Source: Candidatus Krumholzibacteriota bacterium (lineage in GTDB: Bacteria > Krumholzibacteriota > Krumholzibacteriia > JAJRXK01). Taken from it: a DNA stretch of 64,000 bases. The notes below the pieces were generated by a model. That model was not told the origin of the DNA. It was given only the letters and a program-made list of their open reading frames with translations, and made no database searches. Position 1 is the stretch's first letter. Each line of letters opens with the position of its first letter. Position numbers and translations under genes: made by a program. Shown here piece by piece: positions 10,323 through 20,114 of this stretch. Location: contig CAWDWO010000011.1 in assembly GCA_963806035.1 (NCBI GenBank), forward strand, positions 32,001 through 96,000, given 5' to 3'.

Positions 10323-11728
10323 CAGTCGTCCCCTCCCCGCGCGCTCAATTCCTCCAAGAGCGACTCGAGAACCGTTTCCAGCCCCACACTGCGGCTGGCC
10401 TTCAGCAGAACCGCGTCTCCTTCGCGCAGCCCTTTCGCGATTTCGCGACCCAGCGCGCTCAAGTTTTGCTCAGGATCGGCCTGTTCGTCGGTGGCGAAGA
10501 TCATCTGCCGGCCCACCGGCACCAATTCGTCGATGCCGAGCTCGTGGGCGCGCGCCACCACGCGCCGGTGCAAATTCGTGCTCTCCGGTCCGAGCTCGGC
10601 CATGCTGCCGAGGATGGCGATCTTGCGGCCTTTGACGGGGAGCTTGGCGAGACTGGAGAGCGCGGACTCCATGCTGGAAGGATTCGCGTTGTAGCAGTCG
10701 TCCAGAATGACGCAGCCGGCGCGCCGCACGAAACGGCTCCGATGGGGAGAGACGGCAACCTCGGCGATGCGGGGAAGCGCATCTTCGATCTCCACCCCAG
10801 CCACTTTTGCGATCGCGCATGCGGCCGCGGCGTTGAGTCCATTGGCCTCTCCGAAGAGGGGCAGAACCACCTCGACTCCCTGAACTTTCACGCGCAACCC
10901 CTCGGCGGTCTGCTGGCACTTCTGGAGCCTCACATCGCATTTCTTGCCCTTGCCGAAGCTGACGCTCTCGCCCGCGCTGCTCGCCTGAAGGAGGCGTTCG
11001 TAGTTCGCATCGTCCCCGGGTAGAACCGCGCAACCCTGGGGCGGCAGGTTTTGGAGAAGGGCGGATTTTTCGACCAGGACGCCTTCCAGATCACCGAAGT
11101 TCTCCAAGTGGGCCGCGCCCACGTTGGTGACACAGCCGATGCGCGGCCTGACGCATTCGCTCAGAGCCGCGATCTCTCCCTTGCGTGAGGCTCCCATCTC
11201 CAGCACCAAAAAGTCGAGTTGATCGGGCTGCGAGAGAACCGCCAGGGGAAGTCCGATGCGACTGTTCAAATTGCCCGGGCTCACTCCAACTTCGCGGTCG
11301 CTGAGCGCCGCCTTCGTCATGTCCTTGGTAGTGGTCTTTCCGTTGGATCCAGTGATCCCGATCACCGTGGTCGGATGTTTGTGCAGCCAGCCTCGAGCGA
11401 GAGCGAAGAGGGCTGCATGCATGTCCTCCACCAAGAAGACCGGCTGCTCGAAGCCTTGCGCGCCGGGAATTTTGTTTTCCACCAGCGCCGCGGAAGCGCC
11501 ACGTTCGAAGCTCTGCACCAAAAAGTCAGCGCCGTGCTGTCTTTCTCCCTGCATGGCGACGAAAAGGTAGGCCGCTTGACTCTGCCTGCTGTCGACGACG
11601 GCGCCATGCAGGATTCGCGAAGCCAGACTGTTTTCGGAAGTCCACACCGCTCCGTCCGCGCGCAAGAGACGGTGCGCCACCTCCGCTTCGTCCAGCCATT
11701 CGTGGATGTCGTAGGCGGTGAAGCTCAT
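10322..11728 (-). CDS. murF: UDP-MurNAc-tripeptide--D-Ala-D-Ala ligase
   Basis: VDSR, TGSNGKTTTK, LEMG, DDCYNANPSSM, LLKASRS. Confidence 0.96.
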   Translation of the reverse strand: MSFTAYDIHEWLDEAEVAHRLLRADGAVWTSENSLASRILHGAVVDSRQSQAAYLFVAMQGERQHGADFLVQSFERGASAALVENKIPGAQGFEQPVFLVEDMHAALFALARGWLHKHPTTVIGITGSNGKTTTKDMTKAALSDREVGVSPGNLNSRIGLPLAVLSQPDQLDFLVLEMGASRKGEIAALSECVRPRIGCVTNVGAAHLENFGDLEGVLVEKSALLQNLPPQGCAVLPGDDANYERLLQASSAGESVSFGKGKKCDVRLQKCQQTAEGLRVKVQGVEVVLPLFGEANGLNAAAACAIAKVAGVEIEDALPRIAEVAVSPHRSRFVRRAGCVILDDCYNANPSSMESALSSLAKLPVKGRKIAILGSMAELGPESTNLHRRVVARAHELGIDELVPVGRQMIFATDEQADPEQNLSALGREIAKGLREGDAVLLKASRSVGLETVLESLLEELSARGGDD

Positions 11729-13230
11729 GCCTTCCTCCCCGCATCCCAAGCAGCGCGGGCCGCGCTCGCGTCATCCCAAGGCAACTTCTCGGTGCCGATG
11801 ATCTGGTAGTTCTCGTGTCCCTTTCCGGCGAGAAGGACGAGATCCTCCCTGTCGGCGGCCTCGAGCGCGGCAGCGATCGCATCTCCCCTATCCGCGATGG
11901 TTCGCGCCCAACCCTGCTCATAGGCGCGTCGCATTCCACTCTCGACGTCCTCGAAGATCCGCTGCGGATCCTCGGTGCGCGGGTTGTCGAGCGTGAGATA
12001 GATCTGGTCCGCGCTGGCCATCACCGTCGCCGCCATGAGAGGCCGCTTGCCGCGGTCGCGGTCGCCTCCGCAGCCGAATACGACGTGAATGCGTCCTTGG
12101 CTGAATTCACGGCAGGCGGCCAGAGCCTTCTGTAATCCATCGGGCGTATGCGCGTAGTCCACCACCACCAAGGGCCCGCCGCTCAGTTCGACCGCTTGCA
12201 GCCGACCTCGCACGGGTTTGGCCGCGGCCAACCCCGTCTGCAACTCCTCCTTCGAAAGACCCAGAGCAAGCCCACATCCCAGAGCGACGAGGGCGTTTTC
12301 CACGTTGAACCCGCCCAGGAGGCGAGAGCGGAACTCGAGCTGCTCGTGTCGCAGTTCGACTCGGAAGGAGCTTCCGTCGCGATCGAGAGTGGCATCGAGC
12401 AAGCGCAGGTCGCTGCCCGCACTCCGCCCCACTTTGAGGGTTCGCTTGGGCCAGGGCGCGGCCGCGAAACTTTCGTCATCGATGAAGACCACGGCACACC
12501 CGACGGCCTTCTCGCGCGCGGGGCCGTCGAGACGGTCGAGCAGTCGCCGTTTCGCTCCCAGATAGCTCTGAAGGTCCGGATGATAATCAAGATGTTCGCG
12601 ACTCAAGTTGGTGAACGCCGCGACATCCACTTCGGCGACGCCGATGCGTTCCTGGTCGAGCGCGTGCGAGCTCGCCTCGAAAGCGCAACTGCTGAGCCCG
12701 GCTTCGCACATTTCATCCAGCAGCCGGTAGAATTCGGTCGGATCCGGTGTCGTCAGCGAGGCGGAACTCTGCCGAATTCCCGTGTCGTACTGAATGGTCC
12801 CCAGCAGCCCGCAGCTGCGTCCTGACTCCACCAGAATGTCGCGCACGAGGTGGCTGACCGTGGTCTTGCCATTGGTTCCGGTGACCGCCACCAGTTGGAG
12901 CTTCAGGTCGGGTTTGTGATGGAACTCGCGCGCCAAGACTCCCAGCGCGTGCCGCGTATCCTCGGTCGAGAAGAAGGCCGCATCGGCGCTGGCAGAAATC
13001 GCCGGCTCGCGTCCTTCCTGAACGATGATCGCCTTGGCTCCACGCGCCAAAGCATCGGCCACGTACTCGTGACCATCCATCGCGTGTCCTTCGACGGCCA
13101 CGAAACACGAGCCAGCTTTCACCTTGCGCGAATCACTACAGACCTCGTTCACCGAAACGTCGTTGAGGGCAGTGAGCGGTCTGAGCTCGAGCTGCGTCGC
13201 GAGATCGCCGAGCAGGGAGCGTGCGTTCAT
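11725..13230 (-). CDS. murE: UDP-MurNAc-dipeptide--meso-diaminopimelate ligase
   Basis: TGTNGKTT, LTTPD, EASSH, VDYAHTPD, FGCGGDRD, DNPR (meso-DAP-type motif), AGKGHE. Start MNARS at 13230 (ATGA overlap). Confidence 0.97.
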   Translation of the reverse strand: MNARSLLGDLATQLELRPLTALNDVSVNEVCSDSRKVKAGSCFVAVEGHAMDGHEYVADALARGAKAIIVQEGREPAISASADAAFFSTEDTRHALGVLAREFHHKPDLKLQLVAVTGTNGKTTVSHLVRDILVESGRSCGLLGTIQYDTGIRQSSASLTTPDPTEFYRLLDEMCEAGLSSCAFEASSHALDQERIGVAEVDVAAFTNLSREHLDYHPDLQSYLGAKRRLLDRLDGPAREKAVGCAVVFIDDESFAAAPWPKRTLKVGRSAGSDLRLLDATLDRDGSSFRVELRHEQLEFRSRLLGGFNVENALVALGCGLALGLSKEELQTGLAAAKPVRGRLQAVELSGGPLVVVDYAHTPDGLQKALAACREFSQGRIHVVFGCGGDRDRGKRPLMAATVMASADQIYLTLDNPRTEDPQRIFEDVESGMRRAYEQGWARTIADRGDAIAAALEAADREDLVLLAGKGHENYQIIGTEKLPWDDASAARAAWDAGRKA

Positions 13231-15173
13231 TCCCCACCCCCTTGCGACCAGGCCACGCGCACGACCCCTCCTGCCAGAATCGGCGCCCCTGCTTGCGGCA
13301 TCTGCCCCACGACTCTCGCATCGGCGGAGGGGGCCTCGTTCAGGAGTTTGCATCCCGCCCGCCCCAGCGATTCGCGGACGCTCTGCAGGGAAAGTCCGAA
13401 AAGCTCCGGGGTCTGCACCGTCCGCTCTGGCTCTTCTTCCTCGGCCGTCGCGAGCAAGGGACGGCGGTAGTCCAGGAGACGCGTGGCCGAGAGCACCTTG
13501 CTCACCACGCGCGAAAAACAGCCAGCCGCGGTATCTCCGCCCCAGCGACGCTCGACTTTGGGCCGCTGGACGACGATGGCCACCAGAAGCTGCGGAGCTT
13601 CGGCGGGAACGACCCCGATGAAGTCCGCCATGTATGCGTTGGGTTCGTAGCCTCTGCCGTCCAAGCGCGCGATTTGCGCCGTACCGGTCTTCCCCCCCAC
13701 GCTCAATCCCTCGACCCGGGCCCCCCGCCCACTCCCGTAGTCCATCTCGACCACCTGGCGGCACAGATCGCGCAGGATCGGAGGGACCTTGGGCGGTACG
13801 ATGTCTTCTCGGACCACGCGCGGGGGCAATGGATGCACCTGGCCCTCTTCGTCGCGCCAGCTGGCCACGAAGCGAGGGACCCGCAGCGTACCGTCAGTCA
13901 GCAACGCGCTGTATCCCGCCGCCATCTGCAGGAGAGTGACCGAGACCTCCTGCCCGATGGCCATGGTGGCCTTCGTCCGCCCGGACCAATCCTGGACATC
14001 ATTCAGAATGCCGGGGCTCTCTCCGGAGAGACCGCAGCCGGTGGGCATTCCCAAACCGAAGCGGCGCAGATCACCCAGGAATTCATCCTGATGCAAGTAC
14101 GAGGCGGCCTTTCCGAAGATGATGTTGGAACTGACGATGAAGGCGACCCGGAAGCTGACCAGACCCACCGGGTGTACGTCGTGGAAGGTGAACCCACCCA
14201 AGTCCGCGCTGCTCCGATACTCCCCCGGATGGCCCTCCCCGTCGAACACGTCCGAGGTGTCACACAGGGCATGACGCAAGAGCGACGCCGCGGTGAAGAG
14301 CTTGAATGAGGATCCCGGCTCGAAAGCATCGAGCACGAGCGGGTCCCGCCACTCGCTGGAGAGATAGGGCCGGTTTTCGCGGCTGGCGATTCCGGGAGCG
14401 GTGGCGGCTGCGAGAACGGATCCGTCGCGCGGGTCCATGACGATGCCCATGACCGAGCTCGCCCCTGCTTCCTCCTTCGTCGCTTCGAGTTCTTCCTCCA
14501 GAATCATCTGCACGCGATGATCGAGAGTGAGAATCACGTCGCGCCCGGGAACCGGCTTTACCAGTATCTGACGCATGATGGGAGCCGTGCCCGCCGCCGC
14601 GTCGTAGCGGTTGAGCACGCGACCGGGATGGCCCGCCAGGATGGTGTCACAGAGTCTCTCGATGCCTGCATCACCGTGGCCGCTGCGATCGACGCGCCCC
14701 AGAAGACGCGCTGCGACCCCATCCATCGGATAGCTGCGCTTCAGACGTTCATCCACCGAGAGATAGGGTTGACAGCGAAGCTCGTCGACTTTCTCGGGGG
14801 AAAGGACGACGCTGCGATTCAGGTAGGTGTGGGTGTGCCGCTCGCGGAGCTTGTGTTGGATTTCTCGGGCTGACATACCCAAGAGCCCGGCCAGTAGCTG
14901 GGCCTTGTCGTCATCCCGCCAGTACTCGGGACGGCTGACCCCGACTTCGTAGCAGGCCTCGGTGACTGCGAGTGGATAGCCCAATCGATCCAGAATGTTG
15001 CCCCTGCGCGGCAGGAGCTCACTCACGTTCTGGCTCATCTCAGTGAGTTGGCGGTGCGCTTGACCGTGATCGATGATCTGCACCCAGGCCAATCGCGCGA
15101 AGATGCTCAGAAGAGCCGCGCCGATGATGCAGGCGAAGGTCAAAAAGCGGGCCCGCGAATAGCGAGGGTTCAT
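13227..15173 (-). CDS. ftsI: Class B penicillin-binding protein FtsI with C-terminal PASTA-like domain
   Basis: N-terminal TM helix, RGNILDR, SxxK (GSSFK), SxN (SSN), KTG (GKTGTAQ), PASTA-like tail. Confidence 0.95.
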   Translation of the reverse strand: MNPRYSRARFLTFACIIGAALLSIFARLAWVQIIDHGQAHRQLTEMSQNVSELLPRRGNILDRLGYPLAVTEACYEVGVSRPEYWRDDDKAQLLAGLLGMSAREIQHKLRERHTHTYLNRSVVLSPEKVDELRCQPYLSVDERLKRSYPMDGVAARLLGRVDRSGHGDAGIERLCDTILAGHPGRVLNRYDAAAGTAPIMRQILVKPVPGRDVILTLDHRVQMILEEELEATKEEAGASSVMGIVMDPRDGSVLAAATAPGIASRENRPYLSSEWRDPLVLDAFEPGSSFKLFTAASLLRHALCDTSDVFDGEGHPGEYRSSADLGGFTFHDVHPVGLVSFRVAFIVSSNIIFGKAASYLHQDEFLGDLRRFGLGMPTGCGLSGESPGILNDVQDWSGRTKATMAIGQEVSVTLLQMAAGYSALLTDGTLRVPRFVASWRDEEGQVHPLPPRVVREDIVPPKVPPILRDLCRQVVEMDYGSGRGARVEGLSVGGKTGTAQIARLDGRGYEPNAYMADFIGVVPAEAPQLLVAIVVQRPKVERRWGGDTAAGCFSRVVSKVLSATRLLDYRRPLLATAEEEEPERTVQTPELFGLSLQSVRESLGRAGCKLLNEAPSADARVVGQMPQAGAPILAGGVVRVAWSQGGGE

Positions 15174-15586
15174 TGACCCTCCTTCGCCAGCGCGCTCTCG
15201 ACTTGACCGTAGCGATCCAGACTACGCGCGAGATGCTCGAGGAAAGGATGAGCCACCGTCTCCTTCTCGCCCGTCGAGGGCAGGACCAGAATGGAACGGT
15301 CCTCGGGCGAAGGTTCCATCAACGCGAGTTCCCGATTTGCCCTGCCCACGATCCGCTCGCGCTCGGTCGCGCGCAGCCAAGCCGAAAGGAGACGGCGGTA
15401 TTCGTCCCCCTGAAAATCGATCTCCCGCTGCAGCGCGGTTCTTTTCCGCTCGAGGCGCTCGACGCGGTTTGCTCCCCAGCAGGCCATGAAGAGCGTGCCC
15501 AAGAGAGCCAGCAGGATGAGAGTGGAACGCAATGCCACGCGGGAGCGCTGACGGCGAGGACGCGAACGACGACGGGCACCCATCAC
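15170..15586 (-). CDS. ftsL: Probable FtsL-like cell division protein
   Basis: Basic N-terminus, one TM helix, coiled coil, ERIV..A..EL.L..P motif; canonical position between rsmH and ftsI. Confidence 0.65.
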   Translation of the reverse strand: MMGARRRSRPRRQRSRVALRSTLILLALLGTLFMACWGANRVERLERKRTALQREIDFQGDEYRRLLSAWLRATERERIVGRANRELALMEPSPEDRSILVLPSTGEKETVAHPFLEHLARSLDRYGQVESALAKEGQ

Positions 15587-16500
15587 AGACCCTCCGCTGC
15601 GCGCAAGCGCGCGGACCGGGCTCGGGGATTTCGACGGATTTCCTCTGAGCTCGGTCTCACTGGACGCGGCGTGAGCACTCTGAGTCGCCGGGCTCGCTCG
15701 TGGACAGGAGGCAGGTGGCGAGAGCCCTGCGCCCCTCGCGATTCGCGGCGCATCATCGCCTTGACCCGCCTGTCCTCCAGACTGTGGTAGCTGACTGCCA
15801 CGAAACGCCCCCCCGAGCGCAGCCGGGCGGGGACCTCCTGTAGCGCGGCCTCCAGCTCTCCCATTTCATCGTTCACCAAAATGCGGAAGGCCTGAAAGAT
15901 GCGCGCGAGCTCGGCTTCTTGCTTGGCGCCACGAGGCAGGACGCTCAGGATTCGGTCTCTCACGCTGACTGCGCTGAGGGAGTCCCCTTCCTTGGCCAAA
16001 TCGTGGAGAGCTCGCGCGACGCGACCCGCCACTCGCACCTCGCCGTATTCGCTCAACCAAGTTTGAATTTGCGACAGCGAGGCATGACGTAGACGCTGCG
16101 CGGCGGAAACTCCGCGGGAAGAATCGAAGCGCAGGTCGAAAGGACCCGCCGCCTGGTGGCTGAAGCCCCGGCCGGCGTCTTCGAGCTGATCGCTGCTGAG
16201 TCCCAGGTCCATGCAGATGCCGTCCGCGTGAGAAATCCCCAACTCATCCAACACTGCACCGAAGTTCGAAAATGCAGCGTGTCGAACGATGAAGCGATCG
16301 CCGTGGGAGGAGAGGCGCTCCGACGCGCCCGCGATGGCTTCCAGATCCAAGTCGAGCCCGATCACGCGGGCTCCTGCCTCCAGGCAGGCCGCGCTGTAAC
16401 CGCCGCCGCCCAGAGTCATATCCACCACCACCTTGCCGGGCGTGGGGAGAAGGTATTCGAGCACCTCCGTGAGCATCACCGGCTGATGGTGGGTGTTCAT
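15583..16500 (-). CDS. rsmH: 16S rRNA m4C1402 methyltransferase
   Basis: HQPVML, DMTLGGGG, DLGLSSDQL, RGFS, FQAFRILVNDE, SYHSLEDR, NPRARSARLR. Confidence 0.97.
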   Translation of the reverse strand: MNTHHQPVMLTEVLEYLLPTPGKVVVDMTLGGGGYSAACLEAGARVIGLDLDLEAIAGASERLSSHGDRFIVRHAAFSNFGAVLDELGISHADGICMDLGLSSDQLEDAGRGFSHQAAGPFDLRFDSSRGVSAAQRLRHASLSQIQTWLSEYGEVRVAGRVARALHDLAKEGDSLSAVSVRDRILSVLPRGAKQEAELARIFQAFRILVNDEMGELEAALQEVPARLRSGGRFVAVSYHSLEDRRVKAMMRRESRGAQGSRHLPPVHERARRLRVLTPRPVRPSSEEIRRNPRARSARLRAAEGL

Positions 16501-16505
16501 GGAGT

Positions 16506-16985
16506 TCAGTGCCGCATGATGTCCCAAGCCTGGAGCCTCGCGTGCGCGGCCGCGGCGGGAAGACCCGCCACCGAGTCCACCGCGACCAGCGCCGTCTCGA
16601 GGTCCGAGAGCAGGGAGATCTTGTGATCCGATCCGACTAGCACGAGCAAGTTGGCCATGTAGAGTGAAAGTCCCAGCCAAAGGGTCACGATCCCTTCACT
16701 CCGCCAGCGATATTCTTCGTGCAGCAGCTGCTGCGCGACTTCCTGGGAGAACTGAGCGAGATGAGTGGCATCGAGCAGCACGAAGGTCGTGGATCCGTCT
16801 CGCTGACGGCATGCGCTCAAACTCATTCTGAGGTCTTGAATTCTCTCCGGACTCAACAGACCGGTGAGACGAACGTGCAGCACGCCCTTGGCTCGCGGCA
16901 GAATGACGAAGCCCCCCCACGAACGGGCCGCGGGAGCCTGGACACTGGCCGACGAGATCCTCGTTTTACCTTCGACTGATTTCAT
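16506..16985 (-). CDS. STAS-like (anti-sigma antagonist fold) protein
   Basis: ATG at 16985 with GGAG upstream. Pattern VRLTGLL...VLLDATHLAQFS...L...G...LGLS..MANLLVLVG....LLSDLETAL matches the STAS secondary-structure order. The canonical DSSG phospho-motif is replaced by FSQE. Confidence 0.6.
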   Translation of the reverse strand: MKSVEGKTRISSASVQAPAARSWGGFVILPRAKGVLHVRLTGLLSPERIQDLRMSLSACRQRDGSTTFVLLDATHLAQFSQEVAQQLLHEEYRWRSEGIVTLWLGLSLYMANLLVLVGSDHKISLLSDLETALVAVDSVAGLPAAAAHARLQAWDIMRH

Positions 16986-17002
16986 CGCTTCCTGCTCCTC
17001 CG

Positions 17003-17482
17003 CTAGAAGAGGATGTCCTCCACATCGCTGAGATCCAGTTCCTGCGCCGCCTCCAACTCGAAGAAACGCTGGGGGTCCCAGATTTCGATGACGCGATCCA
17101 CTCCCAGGATCAGGCATTCCTGCGCAATGCCGACCTCTTCGAGCAGCTGCCGGGGGATCGTGCAGCGCCCCTTGTCATCCAGGCTCAGCGGCACCACCGA
17201 GCTGAAGAGTTCGCGACGGCGCCAGCGAGCCTCGGCCCCCTTGGCGTTCGACGCGGCGTTGATGCGCTCGATGCGTTCTTCCCACTCTTGCACCGAAAAC
17301 GCCTGCAGATAGCCGTCGGGTCCCTTGATGAGGATCAGGGTTCCGTTGTCCTCGCTTCCCTCACGGGGAATGGCCCGCCGGAAGAGAGCCGGCAGACTGA
17401 CGCGTCCCTTCTCGTCGATCTTCTGACGGAAGCGTCCGTGGAAGCGTGCACTGGGAACGGGCTGCGGCGTGCTTGGGTCCAT
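17003..17482 (-). CDS. mraZ: Transcriptional regulator MraZ
   Basis: FHG....IDEKGRVSLP and LDDKGR..IP (two SpoVT/AbrB DxxGR motifs), IEIWD; first gene of the dcw cluster. Confidence 0.95.
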   Translation of the reverse strand: MDPSTPQPVPSARFHGRFRQKIDEKGRVSLPALFRRAIPREGSEDNGTLILIKGPDGYLQAFSVQEWEERIERINAASNAKGAEARWRRRELFSSVVPLSLDDKGRCTIPRQLLEEVGIAQECLILGVDRVIEIWDPQRFFELEAAQELDLSDVEDILF

Positions 17483-17527
17483 TTTGGGCGATCTGCTATC
17501 CTGTAACTTGTTTTTATCCTGGTGGTT

Positions 17528-17563
17528 ATAGGGAATTTCCCTATTTGTCCCCTTCTGTCCCCT
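17528..17563 (-). promoter_or_regulatory. Putative MraZ operator: three GGGA boxes at 10-bp period plus an inverted copy
   Basis: Minus strand reads GAGGGGACAG-AAGGGGACAA-ATAGGGAAAT. Plus strand 17528-17544 is ATAGGGAA-T-TTCCCTAT, a perfect inverted repeat. Lies just downstream of the predicted mraZ promoter. Confidence 0.6.
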
Positions 17564-17574
17564 CATCGAGAGAT

Positions 17575-17603
17575 ATCTTGAACTCGGCGGATTCGGGTGT
17601 CAA
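17575..17603 (-). promoter_or_regulatory. Sigma70-type promoter of the dcw operon
   Basis: TTGACA-17 nt-CAAGAT on the minus strand upstream of mraZ. Confidence 0.6.
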
Positions 17604-17656
17604 ACCGAAATCTCACGCCGGCCAAAAAAAGCGGGGAAAACTCGCGCGGAGGGGCT

Positions 17657-19144
17657 TCAGTCCTGGAGGGGAACGAGGCGGTAGAGGGTGTAGTACACCG
17701 GTTCAGGATGCGTCAGACCGAGATTCGAGACCTCACCATCGAGGACGGCCTGCAAGCGAAAGTCCCCGAGGATCTGGTTCGCCAGGGCCCGCGGAGCATC
17801 CCGGCGGTCCACCAGCCACTGGGGGGTGGCGAAACGCAGGAAGAGGCCCTGCCGCAGGATGCGCTCATCGTCCACCTCGTCCCGTAGGCGGTTGATTCCC
17901 GGATGCACGAGGCCGCCCAGATCGAGGATGCTTCTCTGGCTGCGGTATCCGACGAGCCCGATGTCGTAGATTGCGACCAGCGCGTCGCTGGCGGTGTTCG
18001 CTCTCAACCAATCCCCGATGCGCCCCAGGGTGAGCTCCGCGCTGGCGGAGTAGGCCCGCACGCTGGGAGCAACCCACAGCGCGCTGAGACAAAGAGCGAG
18101 AATGAGCTGGGCCGAGACCACCGCGCGGGCCAGCGATTGCCAGTGCAGGGATGCGAGGCCCCGGCAGCAGAGAAACAGGAGCACGGGCAAGAGGATCTCC
18201 AGATAGCGACTGACCAGGCTGACATCCTTGACCAGATAGGCGCAGGGCAGAAGAACCAGCCAGAGAAGAAGCACCGGGTCCAACCATTTCCAGCCTTCGG
18301 GCCGAGCTAGTCCGCGCAGGTAAGAGGCCATTCCCAAAAGCGGAAGACCGGCTGCGACGAGAACCAAGCTCGTCAAGGTGAATGCGTTGTGCAGCAAGCG
18401 CTCGGGCCTGAGTCCGATGGGCGTGGACTTGGCCTGCAGGGTGGCGGGCACGACGGCCCCGTAGGCGTGGTAGGCGACGGCCGACCAGAGGAGCAGAGGG
18501 AAAACCCACGCCGCAAAAAAACGTAGGCGCCCCCTGCCCCCGCGCTCCAAGCAGATGCGCGCGCAAACCAGTCCGCCCAGGAGCAGAAGTTCGGGACGGA
18601 CCAGCGCCCCGCAGCCCAAGACCAGGCCCAGTCTTCCGCGGGGAATGTGGACGGGGGCACGCCCGGCAAGGTCCAGCACCAACACCACCACCAGGGCGCC
18701 CAGGGCGGTCTCCAGTCCCGAGCCGGACCAGCGCACGAACCAGGGCTCCGTCGCGAAGAGCAGGGTCGCTCCGATGCACCATCCGCGCGAGGGCAGGACA
18801 CGGCCTGCGGCGCGGGCGAAAAAGAACACCGCGAGCGCGCCCGCCGTCCAACCCAGAATCTTGAACGCCAGCAGAGGCGGGAGACCCAACCAGGCTCCGC
18901 ATGCTCCCAAGATGGCCCAGAGCGGCGAGGTGGCCGCGTTGACCCATTGATCGGGATTGAACACGAGCTGACCCCGCTGCGCCAGGTTCTGCGCCATGCG
19001 GGCGTAGATGTAGGAATCGTCGGTGATGTAGCTCCAGTAGAGGGGAATTTGCGCCAGATAGAGACCCAAGCCCAGGGCAATGGCCGCCCGGCTCGTGCTC
19101 TCCTTCGCGCGCATGAGGGGGGCCGGATCTCTCTCCGGACTCAT
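17657..19144 (-). CDS. Multi-TM GT-C-fold glycosyltransferase (lipid-phosphate-sugar dependent)
   Basis: First TM helix followed by ITDDSYIYARMAQNL...GQLVFNP...ATSPLW, then SGLET, RPE, about 11 TM helices and C-terminal DIGLVGY...DLGGLV. Start at 19144 overlaps the GNAT stop (ATGA). Confidence 0.7.
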   Translation of the reverse strand: MSPERDPAPLMRAKESTSRAAIALGLGLYLAQIPLYWSYITDDSYIYARMAQNLAQRGQLVFNPDQWVNAATSPLWAILGACGAWLGLPPLLAFKILGWTAGALAVFFFARAAGRVLPSRGWCIGATLLFATEPWFVRWSGSGLETALGALVVVLVLDLAGRAPVHIPRGRLGLVLGCGALVRPELLLLGGLVCARICLERGGRGRLRFFAAWVFPLLLWSAVAYHAYGAVVPATLQAKSTPIGLRPERLLHNAFTLTSLVLVAAGLPLLGMASYLRGLARPEGWKWLDPVLLLWLVLLPCAYLVKDVSLVSRYLEILLPVLLFLCCRGLASLHWQSLARAVVSAQLILALCLSALWVAPSVRAYSASAELTLGRIGDWLRANTASDALVAIYDIGLVGYRSQRSILDLGGLVHPGINRLRDEVDDERILRQGLFLRFATPQWLVDRRDAPRALANQILGDFRLQAVLDGEVSNLGLTHPEPVYYTLYRLVPLQD

Positions 19145-20106
19145 CGAGAGCGCCCCCGCGCTCGCTCGAGCCAACCCGCCTGTCGATGCAGCAACCAGCG
19201 CCGGGAACTCTCGGCTCCCACCAGCTTTTTGAATTCCGACACCCCGCGCAGTCCCAGGCTGGAGCCCAGGTTCATTCGTTTGCATCCGCGGGCCGCCGCA
19301 GCCTGGACTCCGGCCTTCACCATCATGGTCGCGGGAAAGACCTCACGGAGTCGCTCGCTGGTTCCCAGCCAGGCGAGGAACTCCGCACCCAAGTCGAAAC
19401 AGATGTGCATGCCCACCACCCTGCCTTCGTACTCGCAGGAGATGAGCAGGCTGGATTTCTCCTCCTCGACGATTTCCTCCAGAAAGCTCAGAGAATGCGG
19501 AACTCTCCCCCACTCTTCGCTGCGCCTCTGGTAGAGCGGATAGAAGGCACGCAGAAGATCCAGCTCGCGACTCTCGCGCGTGCTAAGTCCGCGCCTCTCG
19601 CTGCGGTTACATTCGTTGCGGCGATTGTGCGTGAGTGAGTGCCTCCAGAATCCCTCGAAGCCATCGGAGAGATCGATGATGGCGGTCTCGATGGGAAGGA
19701 GTTCCTGTTCCGCGCCGGCGGGGGGTGTCTCGTGACCCCACAAGATCTCACGCAGGATACAGCGCCGCCCTCCCAGCTTCAGATAGTGGCGCAGAATCGC
19801 GCGCTCCGCCTCCTGCTCTCCCTGCCGGCTCACCGGCCCCCCGTAGGTTCCGGCGATCCCGCTGGCGATGGCACGCAATCCCAGACGCGAGGAGAGGGCG
19901 AAGGGCATGCCGGACAGAAGCTTTCCATCCTCGTCCCGCAGCTCGAGCCAACGCGCCCGCTTGCGCGGATGGTGGCGCACGAAGCGCTTCAACCAGCCGG
20001 GAGCCTGAAACAGCAGGGATCGAGGATCGCTCGCCAGCAGTTCCGCCCACTCCCCGGCATCGACCTCATCTCTGGTTCTGATTGCAAAGCCAGATTGGCG
20101 CATCAC
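19141..20106 (-). CDS. FemAB-like / Acetyltransf_6 GNAT-family acyl- or aminoacyl-transferase
   Basis: W..L......LFQ...W, YGGP, IDLS...E.FW, RRNE.NRSERRGL, G.KRMNLG.S....GV.EFKK..GA. Confidence 0.75.
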   Translation of the reverse strand: MMRQSGFAIRTRDEVDAGEWAELLASDPRSLLFQAPGWLKRFVRHHPRKRARWLELRDEDGKLLSGMPFALSSRLGLRAIASGIAGTYGGPVSRQGEQEAERAILRHYLKLGGRRCILREILWGHETPPAGAEQELLPIETAIIDLSDGFEGFWRHSLTHNRRNECNRSERRGLSTRESRELDLLRAFYPLYQRRSEEWGRVPHSLSFLEEIVEEEKSSLLISCEYEGRVVGMHICFDLGAEFLAWLGTSERLREVFPATMMVKAGVQAAAARGCKRMNLGSSLGLRGVSEFKKLVGAESSRRWLLHRQAGWLERARGRSR

Positions 20107-20114
20107 GGCGTCTT

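Noticed and set aside
5556..13764. Apparent long N-terminal extensions or fusions of MurG (793 aa), MurD (744 aa) and MurE (679 aa) in the ORF track
   Set aside because: The extensions are alternative frames of the upstream genes; true starts overlap the upstream stop codons.
17617..17650. T7 tract after the GT-C gene as an intrinsic terminator
   Set aside because: The preceding stem is only 3-4 bp with a mismatch, too weak to call.
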